Positions 9,953 to 19,495 of a stretch of 64,000 nt of DNA are shown in pieces. The stretch lies in NCBI GenBank assembly GCA_034669905.1, contig JAXMOL010000005.1, positions 134,218 through 198,217 on the forward strand, read 5' to 3'. The position numbers and the translations under genes are program-made. Each line of letters opens with the position of its first letter. Within the stretch, counting starts at the first letter, position 1. The stretch is from Candidatus Hydrogenedentota bacterium (GTDB taxonomy: Bacteria > Hydrogenedentota > Hydrogenedentia > Hydrogenedentales > JAEUWI01). The notes below the pieces were generated by a model. It made no database searches. It was not told the DNA's origin and was given only the letters and a program-made list of their open reading frames with translations.

Positions 9953-10879
9953 TCAGGCCGCCGTCCCCGAAAGGGCACCGATGAAGTCTTCGATCTTCGG
10001 ACGGTTTTCGCTGAGTTCCGCAACCACCGCTTCGCATTGCTCTTCCGTAAGCCCCAGCACTTCGAGGTGTTTCGCGTCCAGGTAGGGGGCGCACCCGTTG
10101 CTCGATTCTCCCAACTCCACTTGGTAGGTGAGACAATTCGCAACGGCCACGATATGGGTTAACTGCGTATCCGTCGTCGCCGTATGGGGATGGTGATGAC
10201 AACGAATGGCTTCCACGACGGTTTCCGGCAGGTTCCAGTGTTCCGCGAGACGCCCCCCCACTTCGGCGTGGGTCATCCCGAAAAACTCGGATTCCACTTC
10301 CGCAATCGGGCACCCACGACGGGCCGCTTCGGTCGCCGCCTTCCGAAACAGTACGGGATAGAGCCAATCCAAGGCCACCTTGCCGAGGTCATGCAAAAGA
10401 GCCGCCTCAAAGCTGCCCTCGGAAGTCCGACCGCTGAGCTTCGCCAGACGCTCTGCAGCGATGGCACTGGCCAGCGAGTGCCGCCACAGCTGTTGCCGGT
10501 CGTAGTTGGATGGGATAGCCTCGAAGGCATTGAACGCCGTGGCCGTGAGCGTGAGATTTCGTACCTCGAGAAAGCCGAGCACCACGATGGCCTGGGTCAC
10601 GGTTTTTATCTGACGAAAAAAACCGTAGTACGATGAATTGACAAGCTTGAGCAACGTGGCCGACAGGCTCACGTCCGCTGCAATATGCTGTCCCAAATCA
10701 ATGGCCGAAGCATCCGGATCGGCTGCCGTACTCAATATCTTGCCCAAGACCGCCGGCAGGGTTGGAAGCTCTCGAATTCGGGACAGGTCACCTGCAACAT
10801 CAGGTCGTTCCACAAAATAGTTCCTTCTGGTGTTTCGGCCGCAAATTTCGCTATAGTCATCATACGTTAGAAACGCCAT
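9953..10879 (-). CDS. Stand-alone HDOD domain protein
   Basis: LPTLPAV, LLKLVNSSYYG, LWRHS, ALLHDLGK, HAEVGGRLAEHWNLP and HHHP. Confidence 0.92.
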   Translation of the reverse strand: MAFLTYDDYSEICGRNTRRNYFVERPDVAGDLSRIRELPTLPAVLGKILSTAADPDASAIDLGQHIAADVSLSATLLKLVNSSYYGFFRQIKTVTQAIVVLGFLEVRNLTLTATAFNAFEAIPSNYDRQQLWRHSLASAIAAERLAKLSGRTSEGSFEAALLHDLGKVALDWLYPVLFRKAATEAARRGCPIAEVESEFFGMTHAEVGGRLAEHWNLPETVVEAIRCHHHPHTATTDTQLTHIVAVANCLTYQVELGESSNGCAPYLDAKHLEVLGLTEEQCEAVVAELSENRPKIEDFIGALSGTAA

Positions 10880-10951
10880 GGAAGCAAGCGCCCGACCTGA
10901 TAACACCGGCCATCAACAGCCTGGATGTGGTCGCAAAGAGGAGTCCCCCGT

Positions 10952-11437
10952 ATGCCAACGCCAACGAACCTGCCCGAAGAAGGAAAGACGGCCCCCGCCT
11001 TTACCGGTACCAACGAAGCGGGTGAGAAAGTCAGGCTGAGCGGGTTCAAAGGGAACTACGTGGTCCTCTACTTCTACCCCAAAGACAACACGCCCGGATG
11101 TACCGTCGAGGCCAAGGAATTCCGCGATGCCCAGGACGAATTCGCGGCAGAAGATGCCGTCATCCTCGGCGTAAGCCCCGACCCGGCCAGCACCCATTGC
11201 AAGTTCATCCAACGCTTCGAGCTGAACTTCTCCCTCCTGGCCGACGAGGAACATGTCATCGCCGAAAAGTACGGGGTCTGGGTAGAGAAGAACATGTACG
11301 GCAAGAAGTTTATGGGCATCCAACGGGCCACCTTCCTGATCGATCCCAAGGGAAAGATCGCCCGGGTATGGCCGAAGGTTCGTGCCCAGGGGCATGCCGA
11401 CCAGGTACTCAATGCGCTGAAGGAATTGAAGGCCTGA
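10952..11437 (+). CDS. bcp: Thioredoxin-dependent thiol peroxidase BCP
   Basis: VLYFYPKDNTPGCTVEA and GIQRATFLID; RBS GAGGAG upstream. Confidence 0.95.
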   Translation: MPTPTNLPEEGKTAPAFTGTNEAGEKVRLSGFKGNYVVLYFYPKDNTPGCTVEAKEFRDAQDEFAAEDAVILGVSPDPASTHCKFIQRFELNFSLLADEEHVIAEKYGVWVEKNMYGKKFMGIQRATFLIDPKGKIARVWPKVRAQGHADQVLNALKELKA

Positions 11438-11463
11438 TCCGGAAGACTACCGGGATAGCCCGC

Positions 11464-11997
11464 TCAGTCGAGGCTATCGTGCCGCTGCCCTTCGGTCAAT
11501 AAGGGTACCCGCGCTTTGAAGAAGGTCTCCTGCACCGCGGAAAGACCCCGGGGTGCCCATTCATTGACCTTAATCAAGCCCTCATAGATCGTCCAGCGGT
11601 TGTCATTCTCGCTCATCACCAGCGTGGCGTCCCAGTCCCGTTGACGGCTGCTCCGGGCTTTCTTATAGGCGCTGCTCCGCTCAATGGCGATAAGACCATT
11701 TTCCTTTTCCACGACGAATCCCGTGTCGAGCAATTCGGAGAGCAATTCATGGCGAATGGCGCGGTTTCGAATGGCCTGTTTCATCTGCACCGTATCGATG
11801 GTGACGCCTCCGGAATTCTCCAGCGCGAAATCTTCGTCACCCGCCGCAACAATGGTTTCCACGGCGGTCGCCACCTGCGCCAGCTCCTCTACCGGAAGGG
11901 CACTGTAATCCGGCGCGAGATGCAGCATGGAATTCGTGGTACTGCAACCGACGAGGCACAGCGAAAAAACTAGGGTGGTAGCAGCGATATACTTCAT
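11464..11997 (-). CDS. Lipoprotein, DUF1318/YdbL-like
   Basis: Lipobox LVGC. GFVVEKENGLI...VMSENDNRWTIY resembles DUF1318. ATGA overlap with the upstream cyclase. Confidence 0.6.
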   Translation of the reverse strand: MKYIAATTLVFSLCLVGCSTTNSMLHLAPDYSALPVEELAQVATAVETIVAAGDEDFALENSGGVTIDTVQMKQAIRNRAIRHELLSELLDTGFVVEKENGLIAIERSSAYKKARSSRQRDWDATLVMSENDNRWTIYEGLIKVNEWAPRGLSAVQETFFKARVPLLTEGQRHDSLD

Positions 11998-13583
11998 GAT
12001 TTTCCTTTTCCCGACGCAACAACAATGCGATTCTTACCGCTTCGCTTCGCCTCATAGAGCGCCTGATCGGCAGCGCGCAACAAATCTTCGGCATTCAGCA
12101 TGGTCTCGTGGTCGAGAACGCTGATCCCACCGCTCACCGTCACAGAATGTTCGGACGGCACTTCAGGGAACGGCGTATCATCGATGATCGCGCGTATCCG
12201 CTCCCCTTCTACCGCCGCGCCATCGGGACCGGTTTGCGGCATAATCACCACAAACTCTTCCCCGCCGTAACGGGCGACCAAATCGCTCTTGCGCACGCAT
12301 TTCAAGGTACGTGCCGCGATTTCTTTGAGCACCTTATCACCAACGAGGTGGCCATAGGTATCGTTCAAAATCTTAAAATTGTCCACATCAAATATCAGAC
12401 AGGAAAGAGGCAGTTTATAACGACTCGCCCGCTCGAATTCCTGCTGAAGATTCTCCCGAAAATGACGGTGATTGTAGAGCCCGGTAAGCCCGTCCGTGAT
12501 AGCCAGCCGCTCCAGACGCTCGTTGGCCACCTGAATACTCTCGAAGAGCTGGGCACGCTCGAGGGCATTGGAGGCCGCCTCCGCAACGATTTCGAAGAAG
12601 CTGATCTCGCGCGGACTGAAGTTACCTTCCACACGGGCCGCACGCAGCAAGAGGGAGCCTACATGCTGATCAAAAAGAACAATCGGAATCACCACCAGGC
12701 TGTTGATATTCGCCTGCCGTAATTCCGCGGCAAAGGGCTCGGTGTTGTTTTCATCCCGTGCATCGTTGACCACAATCTTCTTCTGGGTCGTCATGGATTC
12801 GTGCAATTCGGGATACTTGAAGAGCTCGATGGTGCGATCGACGACGCTCGCATCTTCATGGGACGCCATCACATGGCCCAGGGGATCGCCCCCCCAGATT
12901 CGTACGATCGAACACCGGTCGGACTTCACCACCTTGGAGATGTGTTCCACAAAGACAAAGAGAATGTCGTGGGCGCGCCGTTTCGCCGAAATCGCCTTGA
13001 GGATGGCCAGCACCGAGAAGAGGTCGTCTTTATCCTGTGTGATGCTGGCCTGCTGCTGGGCCTGGGCATTGGCGTGGGCCGCCATCAAGGTCAATCCCAA
13101 ACTGGAGACTTCCTCGTTGGGGGATTCCGGTACCGCCAGGGCAGCGAGTCCGGTTTTTTCATCCACCACCCCCAACTGGCGCAACCGGGCCAGCACAGCG
13201 TCCGTATTGCGACGCTTCAGCGACCACCCGCCGGTAAATCGCTCCCCCTCCTCCGTGCTTCCCTTGCGCCCGGCCAGGGTCAGGGCCCCGTGGGGCGAAA
13301 AACATAGAAACACGCGATCCGCATCGCTCAGGCCTTCGACCGCCTTATCCTTCTGAATGACCACAACGGTTACCCAAGAGGGCAGCGCACCTATCGTTTC
13401 GATAATCCGGGTCGCACTCTCCGTATCGGTAATTACGTAGGCTTCGTCTTCGCCCGCCGCCAGGACCCGCGCCAGAGTCTCCTGCATCAGCGCACAAAAA
13501 ACAGCATAGTCGTGAAGGGGGATAAAGGTAGACAAGGCCGCGCCAGGAGCGTCGGAAACGCGATCTAACAGTGAAAATTCCAT
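11994..13583 (-). CDS. GAF-domain diguanylate cyclase
   Basis: GAF domain, coiled coil, TDGLTGLYN, DVDNFKILNDTYGH, I-site RKSD and active site RYGGEEF. Confidence 0.93.
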   Translation of the reverse strand: MEFSLLDRVSDAPGAALSTFIPLHDYAVFCALMQETLARVLAAGEDEAYVITDTESATRIIETIGALPSWVTVVVIQKDKAVEGLSDADRVFLCFSPHGALTLAGRKGSTEEGERFTGGWSLKRRNTDAVLARLRQLGVVDEKTGLAALAVPESPNEEVSSLGLTLMAAHANAQAQQQASITQDKDDLFSVLAILKAISAKRRAHDILFVFVEHISKVVKSDRCSIVRIWGGDPLGHVMASHEDASVVDRTIELFKYPELHESMTTQKKIVVNDARDENNTEPFAAELRQANINSLVVIPIVLFDQHVGSLLLRAARVEGNFSPREISFFEIVAEAASNALERAQLFESIQVANERLERLAITDGLTGLYNHRHFRENLQQEFERASRYKLPLSCLIFDVDNFKILNDTYGHLVGDKVLKEIAARTLKCVRKSDLVARYGGEEFVVIMPQTGPDGAAVEGERIRAIIDDTPFPEVPSEHSVTVSGGISVLDHETMLNAEDLLRAADQALYEAKRSGKNRIVVASGKGKS

Positions 13584-13843
13584 AGGATACCGGATGCGCT
13601 TCCTTCCGGGGAGACAATCGTGGGAAGAGTCTGAACCCTCTCTCCGCCAAATCGTCGCCGCACAGGTTTACAGGTCTTTTTGACCGACAATTCACGTCTT
13701 TCGCTGCCAGGACAACACGAAACGATAACAATCCACCGCCCCGGAGTCTCATCAATGCAGGCTCAGGCATGTCAATTAAAGCATACTAATTAGTAATCGT
13801 AATTATCCGTTGGACCCATTGACAAAGTCAAGAGCGACGCAGC

Positions 13844-15079
13844 TCAGGACGTCGAATATTGACTCCAATCAATCTTCTCCACAACGCTCACGGGCGTGGA
13901 TCGGACCACCAGATCATACAATTCCTCTACTTCGGCATTGTGCATCCGCGGGCACCCATGGGATTGATACAACCCAATGCTGTCCGGGGCAATCGTACCG
14001 TGAATCCCCAGATCACCGGGCAGACTCTCCTCTGCCGGCACCATGGGAAGCCATCGGGTACCCAACTCATTCTCCGGATCGCCCGGTGGAACAGATGGTC
14101 GGTTTTTTGGAAACCAAGTCGGGTCTTTTTGTTTACTACCGATCGTATAGGTCCCCAAAGTCGTCTCGTGCCCCGGCATACCGAGGCCCGTGTAATAGCG
14201 CTTAAAGGGCCCCTGATTATCCATCAGAAAGAGTCGGCAAGTCGATCGCTCAATAACGATACGAAAATCCTTGGGGGTATACTTCAACCGCTGGCCAAGA
14301 TGTAGCGTTCCCGGGTCGGTCATCCCGTTGGCGCGCATTAACAGACCCTGGGTCGTATTGAGCTTGATGCCGATGGCGGTGAGATTGTCGCCCGATTCTA
14401 TGGTGTAGTACTTACTCTCGGGCGTTTCCATTTGAGAAAAAGCCAGGGCAACATTCAGGTCTCCCAGGGCGTCCAGAGCCACGTTCCAGGCATCAGAATC
14501 GATCTCGGCATCGTCCAGCGCCGCCCGATAAGAATCCCGGGCCGCGACCAGTTTTTCTTCATGGAGTGCGATACGGCCGAGTCCGATGTGGGCGGGCGCG
14601 CGCATACCCCGAGGTGCACTCTTGAGCAGACCTTCATACTGCTTGCGGGCTTCCTCAAAACGCTCTTGCTTCTCTAACGCATTGCCGTAGCGGCCCACGT
14701 AACGGGGACGCTCCGGATCGGTGGGGTAATCCCGGAGGAGTTGCTCCAGCATCTGGACGGCCACGGACCAGTCCTCGGCCTTTTCCGCCAATTCCACCCG
14801 CTGCAGCAGAAGCCCCTTGCGCCGCGTCGCGTCATTTTCGGCGGCAATACTCTCGTCCAGCAGGGTGGCCGCCTTTTCGAGATCGCCCGAAGCGACTTCG
14901 TGCTCCACCCGCTCCACCACCGATACGGGGGGCTCTTCAGCGAACCAGCCTCCAAACCGGTTCTTGGCCAGAGGATAGACCTTAAAGAGGGTAAAGGCGA
15001 TAACAAAAACGACGACGAGTCGCAGGATGGTACGGGAAAGTCGCGGTTCTTCTCTTCGATGGGATGAGTACTGCGTCAC
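13844..15079 (-). CDS. Membrane-anchored L,D-transpeptidase with TPR-like and LysM domains
   Basis: N-terminal TM, helical repeats, LysM (YTIESGDNLTAIG...LHLGQRL) and YkuD motif GIHGT...SHGCPRM. Confidence 0.9.
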   Translation of the reverse strand: MTQYSSHRREEPRLSRTILRLVVVFVIAFTLFKVYPLAKNRFGGWFAEEPPVSVVERVEHEVASGDLEKAATLLDESIAAENDATRRKGLLLQRVELAEKAEDWSVAVQMLEQLLRDYPTDPERPRYVGRYGNALEKQERFEEARKQYEGLLKSAPRGMRAPAHIGLGRIALHEEKLVAARDSYRAALDDAEIDSDAWNVALDALGDLNVALAFSQMETPESKYYTIESGDNLTAIGIKLNTTQGLLMRANGMTDPGTLHLGQRLKYTPKDFRIVIERSTCRLFLMDNQGPFKRYYTGLGMPGHETTLGTYTIGSKQKDPTWFPKNRPSVPPGDPENELGTRWLPMVPAEESLPGDLGIHGTIAPDSIGLYQSHGCPRMHNAEVEELYDLVVRSTPVSVVEKIDWSQYSTS

Positions 15080-15095
15080 GATAAAGTCGACCTTA

Positions 15096-16037
15096 TTATA
15101 TTTTTGATTCCGCTACCCGCGAAAGGTCGAGGAGCATCTCCGTCACGGATTGGTAACGTCGCTCGATACGCCGCCGAAGCGCCTTCAGAATAATCCGGTC
15201 CAACTGCGGGGTAACTTCGCGGTTATATTTCGACGGGGGCTCGAACTTGTACTTTCGATTTACGATCTGCTTCTGAATCGCCCGCGTGTCATTGCCGTCA
15301 CAGGGGTGGCGGCCGGCAAACAGTTCGTACATGGTGATTCCGAAGGAAAAGATGTCTGAACGGGCATCAAGCTTTTGCTTGGTCAACTGCTCGGGCGACA
15401 TGTAGAGGCGGGTACCGCCACTCTCCTTCATCCACCGGGTGCGCCAGTTGGCACTGGATTTGGAAAGGCCAAAGTCCACGATCTTCACCTGGGTGCCATC
15501 GCGGGAAAACAAGAAGTTTGCCGGTTTAATGTCCCGGTGCACGACGTTGTTCTGATGGAGAAAGTCCAGCCCCTGACACAACTTGATACAGAGATCCACC
15601 ATCTGGGTCATCGTCAGGTCCCGGTCCTGAATGTGCTTCTTCAGGTCATACCCGTCAATATATTCCATGAGAAGACAGCGCCGCTTATTGCCCGCGCGAT
15701 CTTCCTGGATCACGATCTCATTGTGCATCTTGATAATCGTCGGATGATCAAGGGCCGCAGCGATCATGATTTCCCGGCCGAGATAATCCCGCTTACGACG
15801 CTTCTTGTCGATATCATAGCGACGATCAAGAACCTTGATTGCGATGGTCCGGTCATTGGCACGATCGATGGCCTTGTACACCGTACCCATACCACCGCTA
15901 CCGATGGGCGCGATAATGTCGTAGGGGCCGACGTGGGTCATTTCGAACTGAGACTCATCAATGTCCTGTCCGACACCGTTCTCGCCCGATCCCGCCTCGA
16001 GGGGCTCGTCAACCTTTTTCTTTCTGAAAAATCTCAT
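15096..16037 (-). CDS. Cytoplasmic Hanks-type Ser/Thr protein kinase
   Basis: IGSGGMGTVY, AIKVL, HRDIKPAN, DFGLS, YMSPEQ and SDIFSFG; no TM segment. Confidence 0.93.
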   Translation of the reverse strand: MRFFRKKKVDEPLEAGSGENGVGQDIDESQFEMTHVGPYDIIAPIGSGGMGTVYKAIDRANDRTIAIKVLDRRYDIDKKRRKRDYLGREIMIAAALDHPTIIKMHNEIVIQEDRAGNKRRCLLMEYIDGYDLKKHIQDRDLTMTQMVDLCIKLCQGLDFLHQNNVVHRDIKPANFLFSRDGTQVKIVDFGLSKSSANWRTRWMKESGGTRLYMSPEQLTKQKLDARSDIFSFGITMYELFAGRHPCDGNDTRAIQKQIVNRKYKFEPPSKYNREVTPQLDRIILKALRRRIERRYQSVTEMLLDLSRVAESKI

Positions 16038-16105
16038 ACGCTGCTCCAAGTCGATTCGGGCCTGATCATAAGAGCAACACCCCCTCTATTTCAACGATGC
16101 TGTTG

Positions 16106-17107
16106 CTAACCTTGTTTCCAGCTGGCGACACCCGCTGGAACGGCCACTTCCTTCATGATATCAGCCAGCACCGACTCGGTGGTAACCCGGCGCAAACGAC
16201 TCTCGGGATTCAAGATAAGCCGGTGCTGGAGCACCGGTGCTACCAGCGCCTTGATATCGTCGGGAATGACGTAACTCCGCCCCTCCACCGCCGCATAGGC
16301 CTGGGCCGCCCGGAACAGCATGATAGACGCCCGGGGACTTCCCCCCAGGGTGAGGTGGGTGGAATCCCGGGTGCGATGCACCAACCGGACGATATAGTCC
16401 CGGACTTTTTCATGGACGTAAATTTCCCGAATGGAAAGCTGCATCCGCTCTATCATGGCGGCATCTGTCACGGGCTTCAAGGCATCCACGGGGTGGCTGA
16501 GCCGTGTCTTCTCGAGGATACTCAGCTCGGCCATGATATTGGGATAGCCCACCGAAAGGCGCATCATGAAACGATCGAGCTGGGCCTCGGGCAGCGGAAA
16601 GGTGCCTTCGTGCTCCACAGGATTCTGGGTGGCGAAGACCGCGAAAGGCCGCTTAAGGGCATAGGTATGGCCATCCACCGACACCTGCCCCTCGGCCATG
16701 GCCTCCAGCAAGGCTGACTGGGTTCGGGGCGTGGCCCGATTGATTTCGTCCGCCACCAGCACCTGGGAGAAAATCGGTCCTTTTCGGAACTCAAATTGCT
16801 GGGTTTGCTGGTTATAAATGGATACGCCGCTGATATCAGTGGGCAAGAGGTCGGGCGTGCACTGAATACGCGCGAAACTGCACCCACTCGATACGGCCAG
16901 CGCGCGGACCAACATGGTCTTGGCCACACCGGGCACGTCTTCCAACAACACGTGCCCCCCGGCCAGGTATGCGGCCAACGCACTCTTTACCACCCGCGGC
17001 TTGTCGAGAATGACCAGCTCCACGTTTGCGATGAGGTCTTTGATTACCTGTCTGAAACCCGCCACAACACCTCTTTCTCTTGGTCGGAAACTCGCCTGAT
17101 AATACAT
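16106..17107 (-). CDS. moxR: MoxR-family AAA+ ATPase
   Basis: HVLLEDVPGVAKT, RIQCTPDLLPTD, ADEINRATPRTQSALLEAM, TQNPVEHEGTFPLPEAQLDRF and GGSPRA. Start uncertain (17065-17185). Confidence 0.92.
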   Translation of the reverse strand: MYYQASFRPRERGVVAGFRQVIKDLIANVELVILDKPRVVKSALAAYLAGGHVLLEDVPGVAKTMLVRALAVSSGCSFARIQCTPDLLPTDISGVSIYNQQTQQFEFRKGPIFSQVLVADEINRATPRTQSALLEAMAEGQVSVDGHTYALKRPFAVFATQNPVEHEGTFPLPEAQLDRFMMRLSVGYPNIMAELSILEKTRLSHPVDALKPVTDAAMIERMQLSIREIYVHEKVRDYIVRLVHRTRDSTHLTLGGSPRASIMLFRAAQAYAAVEGRSYVIPDDIKALVAPVLQHRLILNPESRLRRVTTESVLADIMKEVAVPAGVASWKQG

Positions 17108-17334
17108 GGCCTTTCCGCCGGAAGCAACTGCCCCATTTTCACGGTTACACGTAAGGAAATGACCATTGACAGGGACTTTGATCACTGCTAGTCTGAAGGT
17201 GTGCGAAGGGACGATGGTACGTGTGTCCAGGCAGGGTCACTCCGTCCAGACCTTAAACCCGTGCACACGACATCACTATCCAGGGGCAGTGTATTCAATA
17301 TTGCGGCGGTCCACAACCTGAAAAGGGCACTACG

Positions 17335-18330
17335 ATGAACCACATCTCGCTACAAAGACTCGCAGGACTCGGCGCAGTCCTGGCCTTGGCCGTAACCATG
17401 CCCAGCGCGGCAGACTCCATCGTGATTGACGGCACCACCTACGAGGATGTCTACATCATCACGACCGACAAGTCCTATTTCGTCCAGACCCCCGAGGATG
17501 GCAAGGTGATTTCGGTCGACCGAAATTCAGTGGCTCCGGGCGACGTCTCCCTATCCGAGTCCACCGCGGTGCGCGCAGCGATCCTCGCCCGCTGGAAAGC
17601 GAAAAACCCGCGCCATCAGGAACGCCTGAAGGAAGCCGCCCGATTGACCGCGCGCACGACTCCGGCAGCCTCTTCCGAGTTGGAGCCTGTTCCGAACACC
17701 CCGACCCTCCGCATGCGTGGCTCCGACAAAAGCACCCCGTCAGAACCTGGCGCTCGTTCGGATGGCTACGTCCCCTACATCAAATTGAAAGACGTCCCCC
17801 TGGGTACTGCCTTGGATGCCCTCCTCCGCCCCATGGGCCTGGACTACCGGATTGAGAATGGCATCGTGTTCGTCAGTTCCCCCCGGATTTTACGTCAAGA
17901 ATCATTCGGCCCCATGGAAACGCGCCAGTATCAATTCCACGGCAACGACACCCTGCACAAGATCGTGCTCGGTGGCATCGGCGGCACATCCATTAATCAG
18001 GCGGGTGGCGGCTTCGGTGGCACCGGCTCTCAACGGGGCCAGGGTAGTTTTGGTGGCTCGGGGCAGTTGGGTGGACAAAGTGCCTTCGGCGGCAGTGGAT
18101 TGGGGGCCCAGGGTGGCCAAGGTGGATTCGGTGGCGGCCAGGGTGGCTTCGGCGGTGGACAAGGTGGTCGCGGCGGTCAGGGTGGTGGATTCGGTGGTGG
18201 TGGTGGCGGTGGCGTGGGTGATGTGACCGCCATCGGAAACATCAGCCAGCTCTTCTCCACCATCGACGACCGACTCGTCGGAGAAGCACCAGCCACTATC
18301 GGCGGTACGGGATATCAGTTTCAGGACTGA
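17335..18330 (+). CDS. Secreted protein with STN-like segment and Gly/Gln/Phe-rich tail
   Basis: Signal peptide; IKLKDVPLGTALDALLRPMGLDYRIENGIVFVS resembles secretin/TonB N-domains; GGFGGGQ low-complexity region. Confidence 0.7.
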   Translation: MNHISLQRLAGLGAVLALAVTMPSAADSIVIDGTTYEDVYIITTDKSYFVQTPEDGKVISVDRNSVAPGDVSLSESTAVRAAILARWKAKNPRHQERLKEAARLTARTTPAASSELEPVPNTPTLRMRGSDKSTPSEPGARSDGYVPYIKLKDVPLGTALDALLRPMGLDYRIENGIVFVSSPRILRQESFGPMETRQYQFHGNDTLHKIVLGGIGGTSINQAGGGFGGTGSQRGQGSFGGSGQLGGQSAFGGSGLGAQGGQGGFGGGQGGFGGGQGGRGGQGGGFGGGGGGGVGDVTAIGNISQLFSTIDDRLVGEAPATIGGTGYQFQD

Positions 18331-18364
18331 GTAAGCGCCCCACAGCTCAGCAACTAGAAACAAC

Positions 18365-18400
18365 GCGCGGCGGTCCAATCGAACGACCCGCCGCGTTTTT
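18365..18400 (+). terminator. Putative intrinsic terminator
   Basis: CGCGGCGG...CCGCCGCG followed by TTTTT, just after the 18330 stop. Confidence 0.55.
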
Positions 18401-18460
18401 CGTTTTATGGGCCCTACAGAACCTGCGTTACTCAGACTGTCGTTGTTAAATCTTGCGCTC

Positions 18461-19495
18461 CTACCATCGAAGGCTTGAGACATCTTCTCGCGCCGGAACG
18501 GGATGCCGGAGCCTGTACAGTCCCTGCAACACCAGGGCGCACAGCAGAACGCAGACGATATTGATGACAATTTCGTACCCAACCGTATACATTGGCCTCA
18601 GTGTCCAACGATTGAGCACATAGCCGATTATTTCCGTACCCAATAGCCGAAACTCCACGAAGGAAACAAGGAATTCTCGCGGGTAGCTTACTGACCCGAT
18701 CTGAACCCCAAGCATCACGGGAAAGCACATACTCAACGAGGAGTACACGATCTGCGCAAACCCAATGGATAGCTTTTTCAGAAAGACCGCTGAGAAGGCA
18801 TCCGTCCACCAGAACCAGATAACAAAATAGCAGACCATGCTTGCGTACATGTACCCCGCCATCAGCCACATAGCAACCCGCGTTGATGCCTCGGGAGCAC
18901 CCCCAGGTGAGTATCCGACCTGGGGCATCAAGTGCATTGCTGCGAACAGGAGGAGTGACCACGTCGCCATGCGAAGGATGGACCAGCGGCAAAACCAGGG
19001 CGTAATTCCCGCGTGCGTTTTTTGCCGCCATCGGCGCAACACATAGACAATCGCGGCCAACTTTACGAGACCGACAGCGTACCCAAAATAACGCGAAAAT
19101 AGATAGGGAACACCCTCGAAGGAATCATTCAAAATAAAAGAAGGTATCAAGACGACGCTGGCAATAGTCCGTACGCCCGAGAAAACGACACCGAATGCCA
19201 ACAGGGTAAGCACCAGCGCAAGCAGCTTGCGCACCAACGTCACCTGGGCAGCCTCGGCATGTACCTCTTGGAACATAGCCTTCACGGTCGCCCCATCGCC
19301 AAAATGCTCCCGAGCGAGAATGAGCGCGTCTTCCTGCGACACGGGCTCCTCCCCGCTGCAATAGGCCAACATCTTGTCCTCAATGTGCCCGTAGAGCTCT
19401 TCCTGAATCTCCGGGTCGAGATCGTGGGCCACCGTGATGCGCTCGGCCAGTTCGCGGGCCTTTTTCTGGATGGAATCGTTGAGCTGCTCAGCCAT
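18461..19495 (-). CDS. Permease-prefix-domain-1 (HAAS-like) membrane protein, paralog 1
   Basis: N-terminal EIQEELYGHIEDK...AREHFGDG head typical of PadR partners, then about 7 hydrophobic segments. Confidence 0.8.
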   Translation of the reverse strand: MAEQLNDSIQKKARELAERITVAHDLDPEIQEELYGHIEDKMLAYCSGEEPVSQEDALILAREHFGDGATVKAMFQEVHAEAAQVTLVRKLLALVLTLLAFGVVFSGVRTIASVVLIPSFILNDSFEGVPYLFSRYFGYAVGLVKLAAIVYVLRRWRQKTHAGITPWFCRWSILRMATWSLLLFAAMHLMPQVGYSPGGAPEASTRVAMWLMAGYMYASMVCYFVIWFWWTDAFSAVFLKKLSIGFAQIVYSSLSMCFPVMLGVQIGSVSYPREFLVSFVEFRLLGTEIIGYVLNRWTLRPMYTVGYEIVINIVCVLLCALVLQGLYRLRHPVPAREDVSSLRW

